Positions 1-13,300 of a stretch of 64,000 bases of DNA are shown here, in pieces; position 1 is the first letter of the stretch, and the number at the start of each line of letters is the position of its first letter. The notes under the pieces were generated by a model. The model made no database searches and was not told the DNA's origin. It saw nothing but the letters and a program-made list of their open reading frames with translations. The DNA is taken from assembly GCA_008632985.1 (NCBI GenBank), contig QPGO01000057.1, forward strand, positions 186,001 through 250,000. Direction: 5' to 3'. The position numbers and the translations under genes were made by a program. This DNA is from Psammoneis japonica. Lineage: Eukaryota.

Positions 1-935
1 ACCACAAAGTGCAAACATACTCTTCCTAATCCTCCTGGGGTAAGGCGTGCTTGTATGAAATGCTCACGGGCGGATCTTGCGCCAACAATCGTTTCAAATC
101 GGCTTGACAATCGGTTTCCTTCACGCGACTAATGTAGGCTTTGAATATGGTGCTCAACAGTTTCTCGACGACTCATTGTTTGTAAAGAGCTGGTTTCCGT
201 TTCATAGTTGGGTAGCACTGGTACTCCACTCTCCACTTTCATCAAGTTGTTGAGAAATTGGACAAAAGTTAAGAAGTTTGTAAAATCCTTACTCTTCACG
301 CATTACTCTGCTTTACTAACCGTAATTTTTATCTTCAATCGTAGTGTCTTCCATTGTGCACAAGCACATCATACCTTCACTAGGTTCTCCGTGTTGGAAC
401 TCGCCGTTGCTGAAACGGTTTTTCCTGCGATGGATTTTTGAACTTTATTGGCTGCTTATTTGGGCTTAGAATATGACAATTACATTTGTCTAAAGGCACG
501 CCAATGCGGTTACCAACAGAATTATTGAAACACTGCAACCCTGCGACTGCGAAAAGCGAGAAATAGCCTCCAGCTAGTACCCAGGGTAGCTAGAGTATTA
601 TAGCTCTACTCTACTCTAGAGAGAGTAGAGTAAGCACAAAGACAAAGGACACATGGAATCACGAGCGTGAATGAGAAAAAATGGCGGGAAAACCGCGTGA
701 CCGCGACGGACGACGGAAGAAGTTCCTTTTTATTTTATGGTCGTACTATGAAAGAGTAGAGAGTAGCTGTGCGCTGTGCACATTGGGGGGTTGGGATGGA
801 TTGATCGCTTCTTATTTGCTTATTTGAGCTCTGTGAACGACTAAGGTGTCTGTTTTCTCAGGAACTGATCCATTCAGTTTGATTCTCTATCGCCAGAGAA
901 ACCGCTGGATTTCACGAAGATTCTACCGATGAGAG

Positions 936-1793
936 ATGAAGCTGCCACATCAGCAAAGGCCAGTCGCCATGGCAACACTTACCTACACACTAGGACAGTC
1001 GCTTTACGTGCCACTCACGAGTAGATGCAATAGTTTGACGCTTCCACAGACCCGCGGACCAAATTTTTTGTTGCCTCGCGAGGTTGTCTCATCCTTGATG
1101 AATGTGCGGAAAATTGAAGAATCGTCGCTTGAGAGAGCAACGCGTTTGGACGACTCGTCGACGTTTAAAGGATCGCAAGAGGAGCGTATGCGCTTGCCAG
1201 CACCAACATCCCCCATGATTGAACGGCTTGACGATTTTAACGAGGTTGGGTACTCGAAAGAATTGTTACTTTCAGACGACGAACGACATCCATCCTCAGC
1301 TGTGTTATTTCACGAGATTCGAGAGCGATCAAAACAGCCCTGCTTTAAAGAGATTGTAATTGCTGGTGAAGGAGAACCAACCTTAAGACTAAGAGCACTT
1401 TTGTCCTTGGCGAGGACTTTGTCGCAAGACACAGCAACATCCATGACTCCCCTGCGAGTTGTTTCGAACGGCTTGGTATCAACCACTTGGGGTAATGAGG
1501 TGGTTGCGAGTCATCTGAGGGATGCTGGAGTTGATAATCTGACAGTAGCGCTCATGACGTCAAATCCCGATGACTACAACCAACTCATGAAACCCAAAGC
1601 CTCCAACTCAGAAAAAATGCAACCTCATCATGATATGTGTGAGTTTGTACGAGTTGCAGTCGAGGCCGGTTTGCATGTCCAAGTGACTGGAGTTGAAGGC
1701 GGTCCAATTAATGTCGACAAGGAGAAGGCCCAGGAGCTTGCAACTCGATTAGGGGTTGGAGCACCACTTCGGTGGCGTCCATATTATCCATAG
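936..1793 (+). CDS. TatD-associated radical SAM-like protein with degenerate Fe-S motif
   Basis: Intact 285-aa ORF. TLTYTLGQSLYVPLTSRC, EIVIAGEGEPTLRL, LRVVSNGL and C-terminal RWRPY resemble the bacterial TatD-associated radical SAM family. Only the first Cys of CxxxCxxC is present. Confidence 0.65.
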   Translation: MKLPHQQRPVAMATLTYTLGQSLYVPLTSRCNSLTLPQTRGPNFLLPREVVSSLMNVRKIEESSLERATRLDDSSTFKGSQEERMRLPAPTSPMIERLDDFNEVGYSKELLLSDDERHPSSAVLFHEIRERSKQPCFKEIVIAGEGEPTLRLRALLSLARTLSQDTATSMTPLRVVSNGLVSTTWGNEVVASHLRDAGVDNLTVALMTSNPDDYNQLMKPKASNSEKMQPHHDMCEFVRVAVEAGLHVQVTGVEGGPINVDKEKAQELATRLGVGAPLRWRPYYP

Positions 1794-1961
1794 TTCTTCT
1801 TCCAGTCGGACCTCGTGTCGAACGTCGGCTCCTTCACGTAGCCTACACTGACGATGCTACGGATTAGATCCACGACTTCACTTTCATCAATTGCGGCTCT
1901 TGGTGAACTAGTTTTCAATATTTTTTTAGATCATCGAAATAGTATGTGGGATTTTTTTTGC

Positions 1962-1986
1962 TGTGTGTGTGTGTGTGTGTGTGTGT
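1962..1986. repeat. (TG)n microsatellite
   Basis: Pure tgtgtg run of about 12 units in the intergenic region between convergent genes. Confidence 0.9.
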
Positions 1987-2186
1987 TTTTCTCCGGTAAA
2001 GGCAAGCCCTCCACCACTCCAGCAGTAGGTAAGACGGTGAAAGCTCTCTTTCATAAAGTTCATCGACGCTAGGAGTTCATAAAACAAGTATGATTCTGGA
2101 TTTATCGAGTTCTAGCATATTAAGACAATCCATACTCTAGAGACATCAAACAAAATCGTCGAACCCTGCAACAGCGGGATAGACCT

Positions 2187-4029
2187 TTATGCCTTGTCAA
2201 GTGGAGCAATTTCCGGGACCTCGACATCTTCCATGATGGTTTCCATGATCTTTCCAGTCACAACGTAAGGATCGGCGTTGGACGAAGGCCGGCGGTCCTC
2301 GAAGTAACCCTTACCCTCAGCCTCGGTGTCGCGTCCGATACGAATGGAAGCTCCGCGGTTGGCCACGCCATAGGAAAAGTCTTCAATGGAAGCAGTCTCG
2401 TGCTTTCCGGTGAGACGGAGTTCGTTACCCTCACCGTAAACAGCGATGTGTTCCGCATGCTTGGCACCAAGCTTGTTAATAGCCTTCTTGATGACTTCGA
2501 GTCCGCCTTCCTCGCGCATTGCTTTGGTGGAGACCTAGAGAGAGTGTGAGTCTTGCGCAACATCCATTCAAAAAAACTAAACTATGCATATCAACTTACA
2601 TTTGTATGCATCCCTGCGCCATTCCAGTCACCATCTACGATGGGCTTGGGGTGGAAAGTGCAGTAGACCTGGAAGTCCTCGCACACGCGCTGAAGAATGT
2701 AACGAGACATCATGAGTTGATCACCAGCATCAATTCCAACACATGGGCCGACTTGATATTCCTGTTGACCGGGCATGACTTCACCGTTGGTTCCGGAGAT
2801 CTCGATTCCAGCAAAGAGACAGGCCCTGTAGGCTGCCTCGGTCACGTGGCGTCCAAAGTTGTTCTCTGGGCCGACTGAGCAGTAGTATGGTCCCTGAGGC
2901 CTGCTGGGCATACCACCCTCTGGCCATCCAAGAGGGGTTTTCTCGTCCAGGTTGAAGAGAGTGAACTCCTGCTCGAGTCCAAACCAGATTTCTTCGTCTT
3001 CGTTAGGGCCAAAGGCTTCCATGGCTACATGATTGGCAGGAGAGGCATTGATTCGGGGCAAAAAGTTGGTGAGCAAAACGTGATGAAAAGTAATGCGCGC
3101 GCGCAGGTGTCATCTTCCGGAAGACGCAGACAAAAAACGGAGCACGATATATCTACATGACGTCACAACTTCTGAAAAAATTCGGGAAGATTTCGAAAAT
3201 CAAAACCAAAGTCAACATCAACATGATGCTCGTCGCCGATTTTTTTTTCGCGACGACACGGGGAATAGCTCCGAATCTGTTGAAACATAGACTTACCCTT
3301 GGCACGAGTGTTAGTGGGAAGAGGATCTCCCTTTGGGGTGTAGGTATCGCACATGACCAAAATATTGTATTCGCCATCAGTACGAATACGGAAGGGATCC
3401 TTAAAAATACGGCAGGGCTTGAGGATGACCTCGGAATCATCACCTGGTGCCTGATCTGTGCTCGACCCGTCAAAATTCCACTCTGGGAGCGTGTCCACAC
3501 TCTTGGTCTGTGTTTTTTGTGGAAAAAAAACTTTTAGAGAAATGACAAACAACCAAGTCTTCGACCACACCACGAATTGAGAAACTAACCTTTTTCAGAG
3601 GGAGTGTACGGGTCTTGGAGCGAGTGTTGCCAACAGCATCGACCCAGACGTACTCAGCAAGAATCTTGCCCTCGGGAAACTCAAGAGACTCATACTTGTT
3701 GACAACGGTTCTAAAAGAGAGAGCGCGAGAAAGAGATCGGCATTACAACGTAAGAATACATTCAAGTCATCTCATACAAGAATAAAGGAAACGGCACTCA
3801 CGGATCTAAAGCTGCCTGAACAGAGTACGAGAAAGAGATCAGAATAACATGTAAGAAATACATTCGAGTCATCTCATAAAGGGATGAAGGAATAGGCACG
3901 TACCTGGCCAGTTTTCGGCACCATCACCTTGGAGTTCAACGCTGTTGACGGGCGTCCAAATTGGGTCGGGGCAAATGCCGACACAGTACCAACAGCGGCA
4001 AGGGCGAGAACGGCGGTAGAAAACTTCAT
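2187..4029 (-). CDS. GLNII: Plastid-targeted glutamine synthetase type II; 6 exons (4029-3904, 3815-3802, 3710-3590, 3507-3297, 3024-2600, 2534-2187)
   Basis: Hand-spliced at GT-AG sites it reads [23 protein letters not shown] (signal peptide plus ASAFAP-type motif)...[19 protein letters not shown]...WNFDGSST...GLEQEFTL...[15 protein letters not shown]...[18 protein letters not shown]...RLTGKHET...NRGASIRI...[15 protein letters not shown], which are canonical GS-II motifs. Confidence 0.95.
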
Positions 4030-5360
4030 CTCGATAATCAAAAACAGATGCTGAAGAAAATATGATTGAATGAGAAAGCCAATCCAGATCCATAGATAGA
4101 TTCACTGCTGCTTCACGATTGGCTGTTGGCGGTTGGCGTTGGCGCTGTTTCCTGAATTTTCTTACAGATGAATGACGTGGTGCGTGGCGCAGTTGACCGT
4201 TGCGTACAGTAAGAGCTATGGTACACAGCATTGTATTGGTAGGGTCCTACGTCACTTTGACGTATGAAAGTCGCTCGTCCGACCGGCGTCCGGTCGGAGG
4301 GAGAATGCTCTAAGTATTTTGAAATTTTGACAAAATGTCATTTCTACGTCGTGTTCGAATATATTTCTACAGCGAAAGTGTTTCTGGGATCCGGCTTCAC
4401 TTTTTGCTTTGCTCGCTGCCCGCCGATCCATCAACGGGATTACCATACGGTGTTACCGAGAAGACTGACACTACTTCGCACAAAAAAAAGAAGACGACTA
4501 CAAAAGACGCAATACGATGGTAAGTGCATTGTTAAAGCAAATAACACTAACCTTGATTCTATTCTTTTTTCTGCTTTCGAAAGCGGTTGCTTACCTTCCG
4601 TTCTTCTCGTTGATATCGTCCTTTGCAGACTTCGACTACATTCACGACATTTCTTCTTTTTGCACTGGCGATGGTTGTATGGGGAAGGCGCCCGCACATA
4701 CACCGTGGAGGTGCCCGTGTCCGCGAACAAACTATGTCGGGACGAAGACTCGAAACCGCAAGAGCTGTTAACGGATATCCCAGCAGGCGCCAAAACAAGC
4801 ACAATTTGCATCGTATGAAAGGGCCTCGTGGGAGCCGTCGCGGTATGGCTGACAACCGTCCTTTTTAATTCCAAAGCGAAACTTTGAATTCAGTTTCACA
4901 AGATACCATACAGAGAATGCAACTTTTTGCAAAAGAAGCTGGCACACTATAATATTTCAATGAACAGTAGTAGCAAGCACTCATACAGTAATACTAAGGA
5001 AGGGCATTAGATTTGATTCTCTCTTTGGATCGTAATTTCAATCCGTGCTTTCTTTTGATTACTTGCTACTGTACCGATGCATCATCCTTTTTCGTTGTCG
5101 GCAGATGCGGTCCTGCAAGATCCTCATCACCGAGGTAGGAAAGATGAGAGACATGAGTGTGAGCATGTCGCGCAACATAGGCCTAGGGGCCTAGGCCCCT
5201 ACACACCCTTCATACCGTCACCAGCCACACACATGCGCTGCCAGTGCGACGCACCCGCACACCGCGCACCGCCGATGCTGCAAAACCCGCAACTATTAGT
5301 AGGGCCTACCTATTTCCAACAACATTAGAGGGTTCGCAGTGCGTTGCACATATCACAAAG

Positions 5361-5900
5361 ATGATCAAGGGTATAATAATTGTCAACAATCACGGGAAGC
5401 CTCGCTTAGTAAAGTTCTATCAGAGCGTGACCTCGGAGGCGAAACAACAGAGTGTGATTCGTCGAGTCTTTCAACAGGTGGCGCAGCGCCCCGACTCGTT
5501 TTGCAATTACTTGGAGGGAAGCATCCCAGAATGGGGCGAAAACATCAAGCTTATATATCGACACTACGCGACTCTGTATTTTGTGTTTGCGGTGGACTCG
5601 CAGGAGAGCGATTTGGGTATTTTGGATTTGATTCAAGTCTTTGTAGAAGCACTCGACAAGTGCTTTGAGAATGTTTGTGAACTGGATTTGATTTTCCACT
5701 CTGATAGGGTTCACTATGTACTTGACGAGGTTGTCATGGGAGGAATGGTATTGGAGACCAACATTGGTAGCGTGTTGCAGGCTATAAAAGATCAAGGAAA
5801 GATGCATTCTGACTCTCTCTCCAAATCTGACGCAGGCGAATCTGCAAGCGAAATTCGAGAACGACTCGGTGACAATTCCAAGTGGTCCTATAATTGGTAA
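5361..5900 (+). CDS. AP3S: Adaptor protein complex AP-3 sigma subunit
   Basis: MIKGIIIVNNHGKPRLVKFY...LIYRHYATLYFVFAVDSQESDLGILDLIQVFVEALDKCFENVCELDLIFH...GGMVLETN is the sigma-3 adaptin signature. Confidence 0.93.
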   Translation: MIKGIIIVNNHGKPRLVKFYQSVTSEAKQQSVIRRVFQQVAQRPDSFCNYLEGSIPEWGENIKLIYRHYATLYFVFAVDSQESDLGILDLIQVFVEALDKCFENVCELDLIFHSDRVHYVLDEVVMGGMVLETNIGSVLQAIKDQGKMHSDSLSKSDAGESASEIRERLGDNSKWSYNW

Positions 5901-5935
5901 ATTATCGAAAGAAATATAATATGCTTCTTGTTTCT

Positions 5936-7189
5936 CTATCTGTCATTGTCTTCTCCAATCATCCTTAGAATGTACAAAAAGATGTTGATGATGTCATTGT
6001 ACAAGGACATTGCGCCAAACACATAGTCCTTCTCGTTCATTTGGAATTTGCTGTGTTTTCCGCCCACAATGAGCTTGGTATGATAAGCCAAGTAAAACGA
6101 AAAGAGTCCAGCACCGAGAAGAGAGTATACAGATTCTCGATAAGGCAAGAATCCTTGTGGCAAGACGCCGGTTAGTTCCAACAAGTGGACGAGACCATAA
6201 ACAAGAAAGATCATTCCCACTCTGACAGCAAAGAAACAAGATCAGTTCGTGAGCATTTGACCAAGATTAGCGATAAGATGAAATGTTTCTCTCGTCTGAT
6301 ACTCACGATGATAGTCCCATTCCCCATTGTGATAAATCGTACTTGGGATTCTTTTGCATGATCGTGTAGAGAGACACGCTCGTGGTTGCAACTGCTGTTG
6401 CCAACATGGCGGACACTACTGACTGGAACTTGTACAGGCTAGAGATAAAACCAATTGAAACAGATTCTCCAGCAGTAAAGAGTGCCAACAGTTGCCACTT
6501 CATTGGTGACTCGTGTCGTGCTCTCGGAGACGAGCAAACAATAAACCATGCAATGGTTGAAAAGACCAAGGATACCAGTGGTACTGTCGCAAGTGTAATG
6601 TGAGTGTTGATAAGAGTAGGTTTTAAAGTCTGCAGGATACTGAACAAAAAGGAAACATACCAAATGATCCAGCGTTACGCATCCAAGCTGATAGCCCAGG
6701 GTTGAGTCCGAAATAGACAATGGAGAGCGCAGTGACCAGCAACTGCCCCGACAGGATCGCGTAAACCCGAGCTGAGAAAAGAAAGAAACACAGAATGAAC
6801 GTATAAGTTCCCTTCTGCATTGAAACTTTGTTTTCTGCCATCAAAAGTAACGGACGTCAACTTCAGCACGTACCGATAAAGGTATTTCTCGATTCTCTTG
6901 TCAAAAAGGAGTTAAGCATTTCCTTAGTTTCTCGTCTATTGTCGATTTGTTCTTCGTCGTCATCTAAATCTCGAACCACGGGATATCTTTGCTGCTCCTG
7001 TTGACGGATCCCCAAGGGTGATGAAGACCATTGCTGCGGCTTCCCTCTTGCGCCTCCGCGAACAAAAACAGTAGGAGGGACTCGAGTGTACACAGTACAA
7101 GCGTGTCGTGCTTGACATGGACGACCAAGGCAGAGAATAAGCGCCAGGGTGGTAAAAAACGAAATTCGTTCTACAAAGCACCTAAACAT
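5936..7189 (-). CDS. Bax inhibitor-1 / lifeguard (TMBIM) family membrane protein, about 4 exons
   Basis: Exon pieces RNTFI..RVYAILSGQLLVT, WQLLALFTAGES, YSLLGAGLFSFYLAYHTKLIVGG...DYVFGAMSLYNDIINIFLYIL (TMBIM di-Asp region), separated by GT-AG introns. Confidence 0.88.
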
Positions 7190-7379
7190 GGGCGCGTTGA
7201 ACTGAGGCCTAGCGGGAGGGGAATGCAGCTTCCTCTATTGTCTCTACTCTAGCTGTGGGTGATATGTACTTCTTGTTCTTGGGATCCGCTCATGCATCAA
7301 AGGCGATATCGTGTTTTCGTGTTGGCATCATCGCGTGTGGCATGCATGGCCGCGTGAAGCGAGCGCGACGCAGATAGTT

Positions 7380-10300
7380 GTGTGATTGCGCTGCCCCCGC
7401 CATCACCCATCACGCCACATCAACCCGGGTGGAGCTCGGACAGTTTGGAATTCGGCTGGGCTGCCTGACGGCATGTCTTCAATGGTCCCTTCTCCATCTT
7501 GTGGAATGAGGCCCAGCTGTCTCTCAGTTGTTGGACAATGGTGGATTGTCTCACCAGAGTCATTTGGTCTCAATGCCGGGGCCATCTGCTTGACGCTCGT
7601 GATGATGACACTCATGGACATGACTGGAAAGCCACCAGAAAGCCAGCACAGCATTGTGGTGCAGAAACTGAATTGAAGGTGACACACTGGTCAGCTGATG
7701 ACTTGCACTTGGCAAGGGGTGGAGGGTGTGCACCCACTTGCGACACTCACTTTTCATGAGATGATCTCCCACTCACTCAGTGCACAGCAGGTGTGTTGGG
7801 AAACTGGTTGGCCACAGCAAAGCCAATGTTCAAGTTGAGCATTGGGGGGGGGGGGGGGGCAACAATTTGCTGCCAGAGGCACGTGCACCATTGCCAGTTG
7901 TTTTTGTGCATCACAGCCATTTGTGACACATTTCCGTGCTTGGCCAGAACAGCACTGATGACCACATGTTCACAATTTTCACATTGTCCTGTGCTGTTTT
8001 TTACCTCACATGTGGTCAAACATTTTTCACATGTTTTTGAAGTCACCTGTGGCACTTTCATGGTTGTTCAAACATCTTGTTAAGAGCAGTTTCATTTGTT
8101 CACTTTTCTGTTTGTTTTGTTTTTTTTCCATTGGACGCTGCACAGCTTGTCCTCCAATCTGACACGCAATGATGACAGTGTGGCACAGCCCTGCTGCAAA
8201 CCACTCTGCTGTTCTGGTCTGACATCTCACAACAATGATGAGCATGATGCTCTCTGCAGACATTTTCAAAGGGATCTCCCTGCCCCAAAATTCTTCTTTC
8301 TTCCATTTTGGCCTGGACAGCACACCTCCTTCCACTGTCAGCTCCTCAGGGGACAATGCTGCCTTGTGACATCCTTCAGGAGAGGCATTGAACAAGTGTG
8401 CAGGAGTGTGCTGACCTGTCAAAGACAAATGAAAAAACATGGTTGTGAGTTGGGAAAAGAGTGTTCAAAGCAGATGAAGAAAACAACAACATGGTCACCT
8501 TCAACACCCAAATCACAGAGTTGTTTGTGCTGTGGTGTGTCTTGAAGACACTGTCCTGGGCAGCCACAAACAAGGTGCTGCTGGCCTTTGGCAGAAGAGT
8601 GCAATTGATTTGGTTTCAAAGGTGAGCCACAAAAGTGCTTCAATCTTGATTCACGACAGCCAATGCCATGGGGCCCACCTTCTTCCAAAACCTCGCACAA
8701 ATGGGAGCTGTGTTGCAGCGATTGTTTTTGTCCATGAGCGCATGTTCCCAAACCATGATTGCAAAGAGAGAGACTCTGAGTTCACACCAGCATCAAGGAG
8801 TGATTGGCAATTTGTGGTGCTTGCCATCTCTGTTTTGACAGAAAACCAAGAGAAAAAAGGAGGTCTCAACCAACCTTTGATTTGCCCACTTTCTGAAGAA
8901 AGTGGTTCTCCAAAGTGATCATTTTGTGGGCATGAAGTGTCCATTTCTGGGCTTTCTGGAGAGATGTCATCACAGCATTGTTGGCAGCAATTTTTTCCTT
9001 GTTGGCGTTGGGTGCTTGTTTGGCAAATGGGAGCAGAGCTTTTCCTGTTGTTTTTTGCATGGGCTGTGCATCTGCCAGTGAACTGACAGCCACATTTTGC
9101 ACCCCTTGTGGGACAAGTTGTTTGGGTTGAAAATGCATGGAGAATGATGCTCAGATGTTTTGAGCAGGTCTGGCATCTTCAAGGAAGAAATTTCATCACG
9201 ATTCATGAGAAAAGTGAGATCTTCAACTGGGGTTGCTGGAAAATGTGGGCCATCTGTGTCATTGGCCGGGGAGGCAGCGGCTGCACAGTTGATGGAGACA
9301 ACAGTGGCAACAGCAGCTGCTGGGTTGTTGGCAGCTGCTCATTGTTTCTGATGGCTTGTCCAGGTGCCTTGCACAGGAGGTTGACCATGAGATCAATGAC
9401 CAGCCCTGCCTGCACCACCACCACCATGACCAACAGCACTGGAGTGGGTGGAACTGCAGTTGCGTTCACCACCTTTACAGCCATGAGTGGCTCCACAAGA
9501 GTTGTTGCAAAATGGCACCATTGTGATGATGCACCAAAAAGCAACATGGTTGCAAGGGAGTGAACCAGGTTGCAAAGATTGCAAGTTGCACCTCTGAAGT
9601 TCTGGGACATTGAAAGAAGAGGGCATGCACCAGCATGACTGTGAAAATTTCCATCTCAACAAGAGCACATTGATGTGGCTAAAAATGAGATGTCAGCCCA
9701 CCCCAGACACAAAAATGCAATGAATCTGATTCAACAGTTCTTTGCACACAGCTGTGAAATTGTGCAACAGTTTGCAAATCAAAAATGTCAAACAGGCAAA
9801 AAACCTTGATGATTTGTTCAAGTCAGCTCAAATTGACAAAACTCTCAAAAGTGAATGTGAGCACATTTTAAAAAGAGCTCCACTTGAAAAGTGACACAGA
9901 CATGAATCACAAGGCCAACTGGTGGCTCAGCATCACCGTGAAAAACAAATCATCATTGCCTCGCATGACACAAAATGCAAAACACAGGACTTGTCCAACA
10001 CGCGCTGACAACAATGCAAACAACTGGCGCTTTTGCCAATCTCAATCATGCTCAGATGTGTTGACACACAAGTCAAGCACAAAGAGACATCAGCGCTGCA
10101 GGGGGGTGCACAAAGGTGAACAGAAGAAGCTGTGTGTGTGAGAGACTGATTCAAAACAAAATGCAAACAAAACTCAGATCTGCCACATGCTCTTTTTTCT
10201 TCTTGCAGGTGAAGTTTTAGCCACCCTGGCATGATGAACAACAGCGAGGTCGTCACAATGAAACAAACACTGGCAAGTCACAAGCTTCATTCATTGTCAT
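7380..10300. repeat. Unclassified degenerate repeat/TE-derived sequence, TpA- and CpG-depleted
   Basis: Same compositional signature as the adjacent copia. ORF-track peptides are Tyr-free and C/H/M/Q-rich, with no recognisable domain. Confidence 0.5.
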
Positions 10301-13300
10301 TCCCCACTTTGCCCATCACGTCAATTGCAAACAAAAATGAGTCATGCTGAAATCTCATGTCTGACAATGAGAGCACTCACTTGCCCCATTGATTTGCTTT
10401 TGCATTGGTGGCGCTGCTCTCAATCTAATTTGTGCATGCCACAATTTTTTTTCTGCACTGAATCTTTTTTTGTCCCCTGTTTCCTGCTCTTTCCTCTTTG
10501 CTTTGTGGGCCCTTCTGCCAGGAGTGCTCCCATCATGATCACACCAATTGTGAAAGACCCTTTGGTTGCAATCAACAAGCTCTTGTCAAGAACACAGAGT
10601 GCTTGTCAAGCACAGAGATCAACCCAAAACAAGAGCAACAGTGTTTTGCGAACTGCCAGCATCGGGACAATCCAACAGATGTCCAGGACAGATGACAATT
10701 GTGTGCCAGATGAGAAAGAAAGTGAGCAAAGGAGAGATCATCAGATCTCTCCATGCTGTCCACACCAGTCTGTCTGACACAAGGGAGTGCACTCCCCCCA
10801 TCTCGGATGTCTGCCACCCTCCCCTGATGAGCAAGCAATGCAGTGCTCATCAAGAAAGCAAGAGACAATCCAAAGAACAAAAATGAGGACCAGAGCAGCA
10901 GAAAAAAAGTGAGGACAAAAAAAAAATTGCCCAAGACTTGATCCACAAACACAACAACAATCAACAGCAGTGTCCTGTCAAGCGGCGGGCATGGCGGGAA
11001 TGAAGCATCCAACCCACAGCCTTGGTCAGTGCATCAGCAGGGTTGACGACACCCGGAATGTGTTGAGTGACAATTTTTCCTGCATTGCGTCAGTCTTGGA
11101 TTGCAAAATGTTGAACGTCAATGTGACGGGATTGCTCCATGGGCACCTTGCTGTTGATCATCTGAGTGGCAGAGGAGCCATCAATGTGCGGGGGAGTGGG
11201 GTCGTGCTGGGGGAAACCCAGCTCCTGGAGCACCATCCTGAGATGCAAAGTCTGCTTTGCACCAGCACCTGCTGCAAGAAATTCAGCTTCCATGGAGCTG
11301 GCAGCCGCAATCATCTGCACTCAACATCGGCAATCAATTGCAGCACCAGCAAGGACATGTGCATGTCCGGTGGCAGACTGCCAATGCCAAAGTTCATTGG
11401 CATGTGCTGCATCAATGAAGCCAAGAAGTTGGAAAAGATTGTCAGCATGAGGAAAATCTGGAAGGGATGGATCATCCTCTGGCCAATCAAAGGAACAAGG
11501 AGGAAGACATGGGTCACACTTGGACTTCTTGTGCATCAACCCCCAATGCTTGGTGCAGCACAAATGCTTGGCCATGCACTTGAGAGATGCACAATGGATC
11601 TCAGCTGGAGCTTTGGAGAACTTCAACAAAGCAACAATGGGATGACCAACACCCAAGCAACAACACAAGCAGGCAAAAACCAGCTCACCCAAGACAGACC
11701 AACAAGAGAAGCCCTGAGATTTGGAGAGGGCATCGTGCTCCAGAGCACCTTCTGCAGGACCTTTGGTGGCGTGCAAATCAGTGGTTCAATCAGCCGGCAC
11801 AGGAGCAGCCTTGAAGTTGGTGTCAGACTCATCTGCAGCAGGAGTGGTGTCCCACCCATGAGTCTTGAAGACATGATCAAGGCAACTTGCAATGTTGGTC
11901 GTGACTGAGTCATCATTCTGAACAACATCAATTCCATTGAATTCAGTGACCAAACCCAAATGCTTGAACGGGGGGCATCTTCATTCTCCATCTGGAGCGC
12001 CTTTCCAACATGGTCACAATCTCTTTTGAAAGCTTCTCCGACAGACAAGCAAGTGCAAAATCATCAACCTGATGGAGCAAGAGAACCTTTTGACACCATC
12101 ACATTCACCTGAATGGGCACACTTGTCATGTGTGGCATTGCAGAAGAGAAGCTTTGCACCCATTGGAATCAAGTTGATGTGCTTTTCCCAAAGTGCACCA
12201 GCTTCAGGGTGACCTTGGAGGGCATGTTTGAGCAGAAGAACACAGTGGCGGGGGGCACTTTCTTGCCAAAATGTTTTTCATGCCATGCAGCACATGCATC
12301 ATCAACAGCAACAAAAACAGGTTGTGAAGGACCAGGAGAACAAGCACAAGCATCCCAAGCATCGCCGCTGCAGATGTGATGTGACATGGCAGCATTGAGA
12401 GCAAAAAACATCTTCTCAATCGAGTGTTCCACAAAAGAAGAGCACGTGGAAGTCAGTTTGTGCAATGCTGGCACAGCCATCTTGGATCCATCACCACATT
12501 GTTGAGAATGATGCTGTCCATCTGGTCTCACCATGCAACCCCAATGTGGGTGCACAACATTTGCTCCAGGAGGTCATGGTTGAGGAGGATCACACACACC
12601 AAGTGCATGGAATTGATCCAATTGACGCTTCTCTCCTTCTTCCCATTCTGGCCATGTGTCAAGCTTGTGCAGCTTGGCACGGGCAAGATGATCAAGGGAA
12701 GCTTCTTCCGGAGTGACAGCACGGGAACTGATTGCGTGAAGATGGGCACACAAAAAGCATCTGTTGGAACAGCCTCATCAGAGAAGCCATCTTCTGGGCA
12801 GAGAACAGCCGCAATGGATTGCACGTCCTCCAAGGCAAGTTCAGGTGCATGGGAATCATCCTCCATCAAGGCAGGATCAAACAGCTCCCTTCCTCAAATG
12901 CTTTTTTAAGAGTTTGGGAGTCCAAACGTCTTTCCAGTGCAAAAGTGATCTCAAAAGTTGGAGTCCATTTGTGGAAGTCAAGACCCACGATGGAGTGCAG
13001 CTTCAGCATCTTTTGGTGTAAAGACTTTGTGCTTGTTGACAGAGACAACATGTGCACCCATGATCTTGTTGCAAGCAGCACAAAGCGATGAGAACAGGGA
13101 GGCCACAGGACTGCACTGCCTGATTTCAGATGCACAGACATGATCCATTGATGCACACTGGGAGAAACCAAAGCCACAGGTGGGATCCATGGGAGGGTGT
13201 TTCATGACACAAGCAACAGTCTTGGCAAAAGGATTCAATGAAGAAGTGAACATGGGAACAGTTGTTTCCTGTGTTTCAGCTGGAAAAGGCTGACCATTTT

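Noticed and set aside
4264..4874. Overlapping ORFs between GS-II and AP3S
   Set aside because: No recognisable motif and overlapping in several frames; likely divergent-promoter intergenic sequence.
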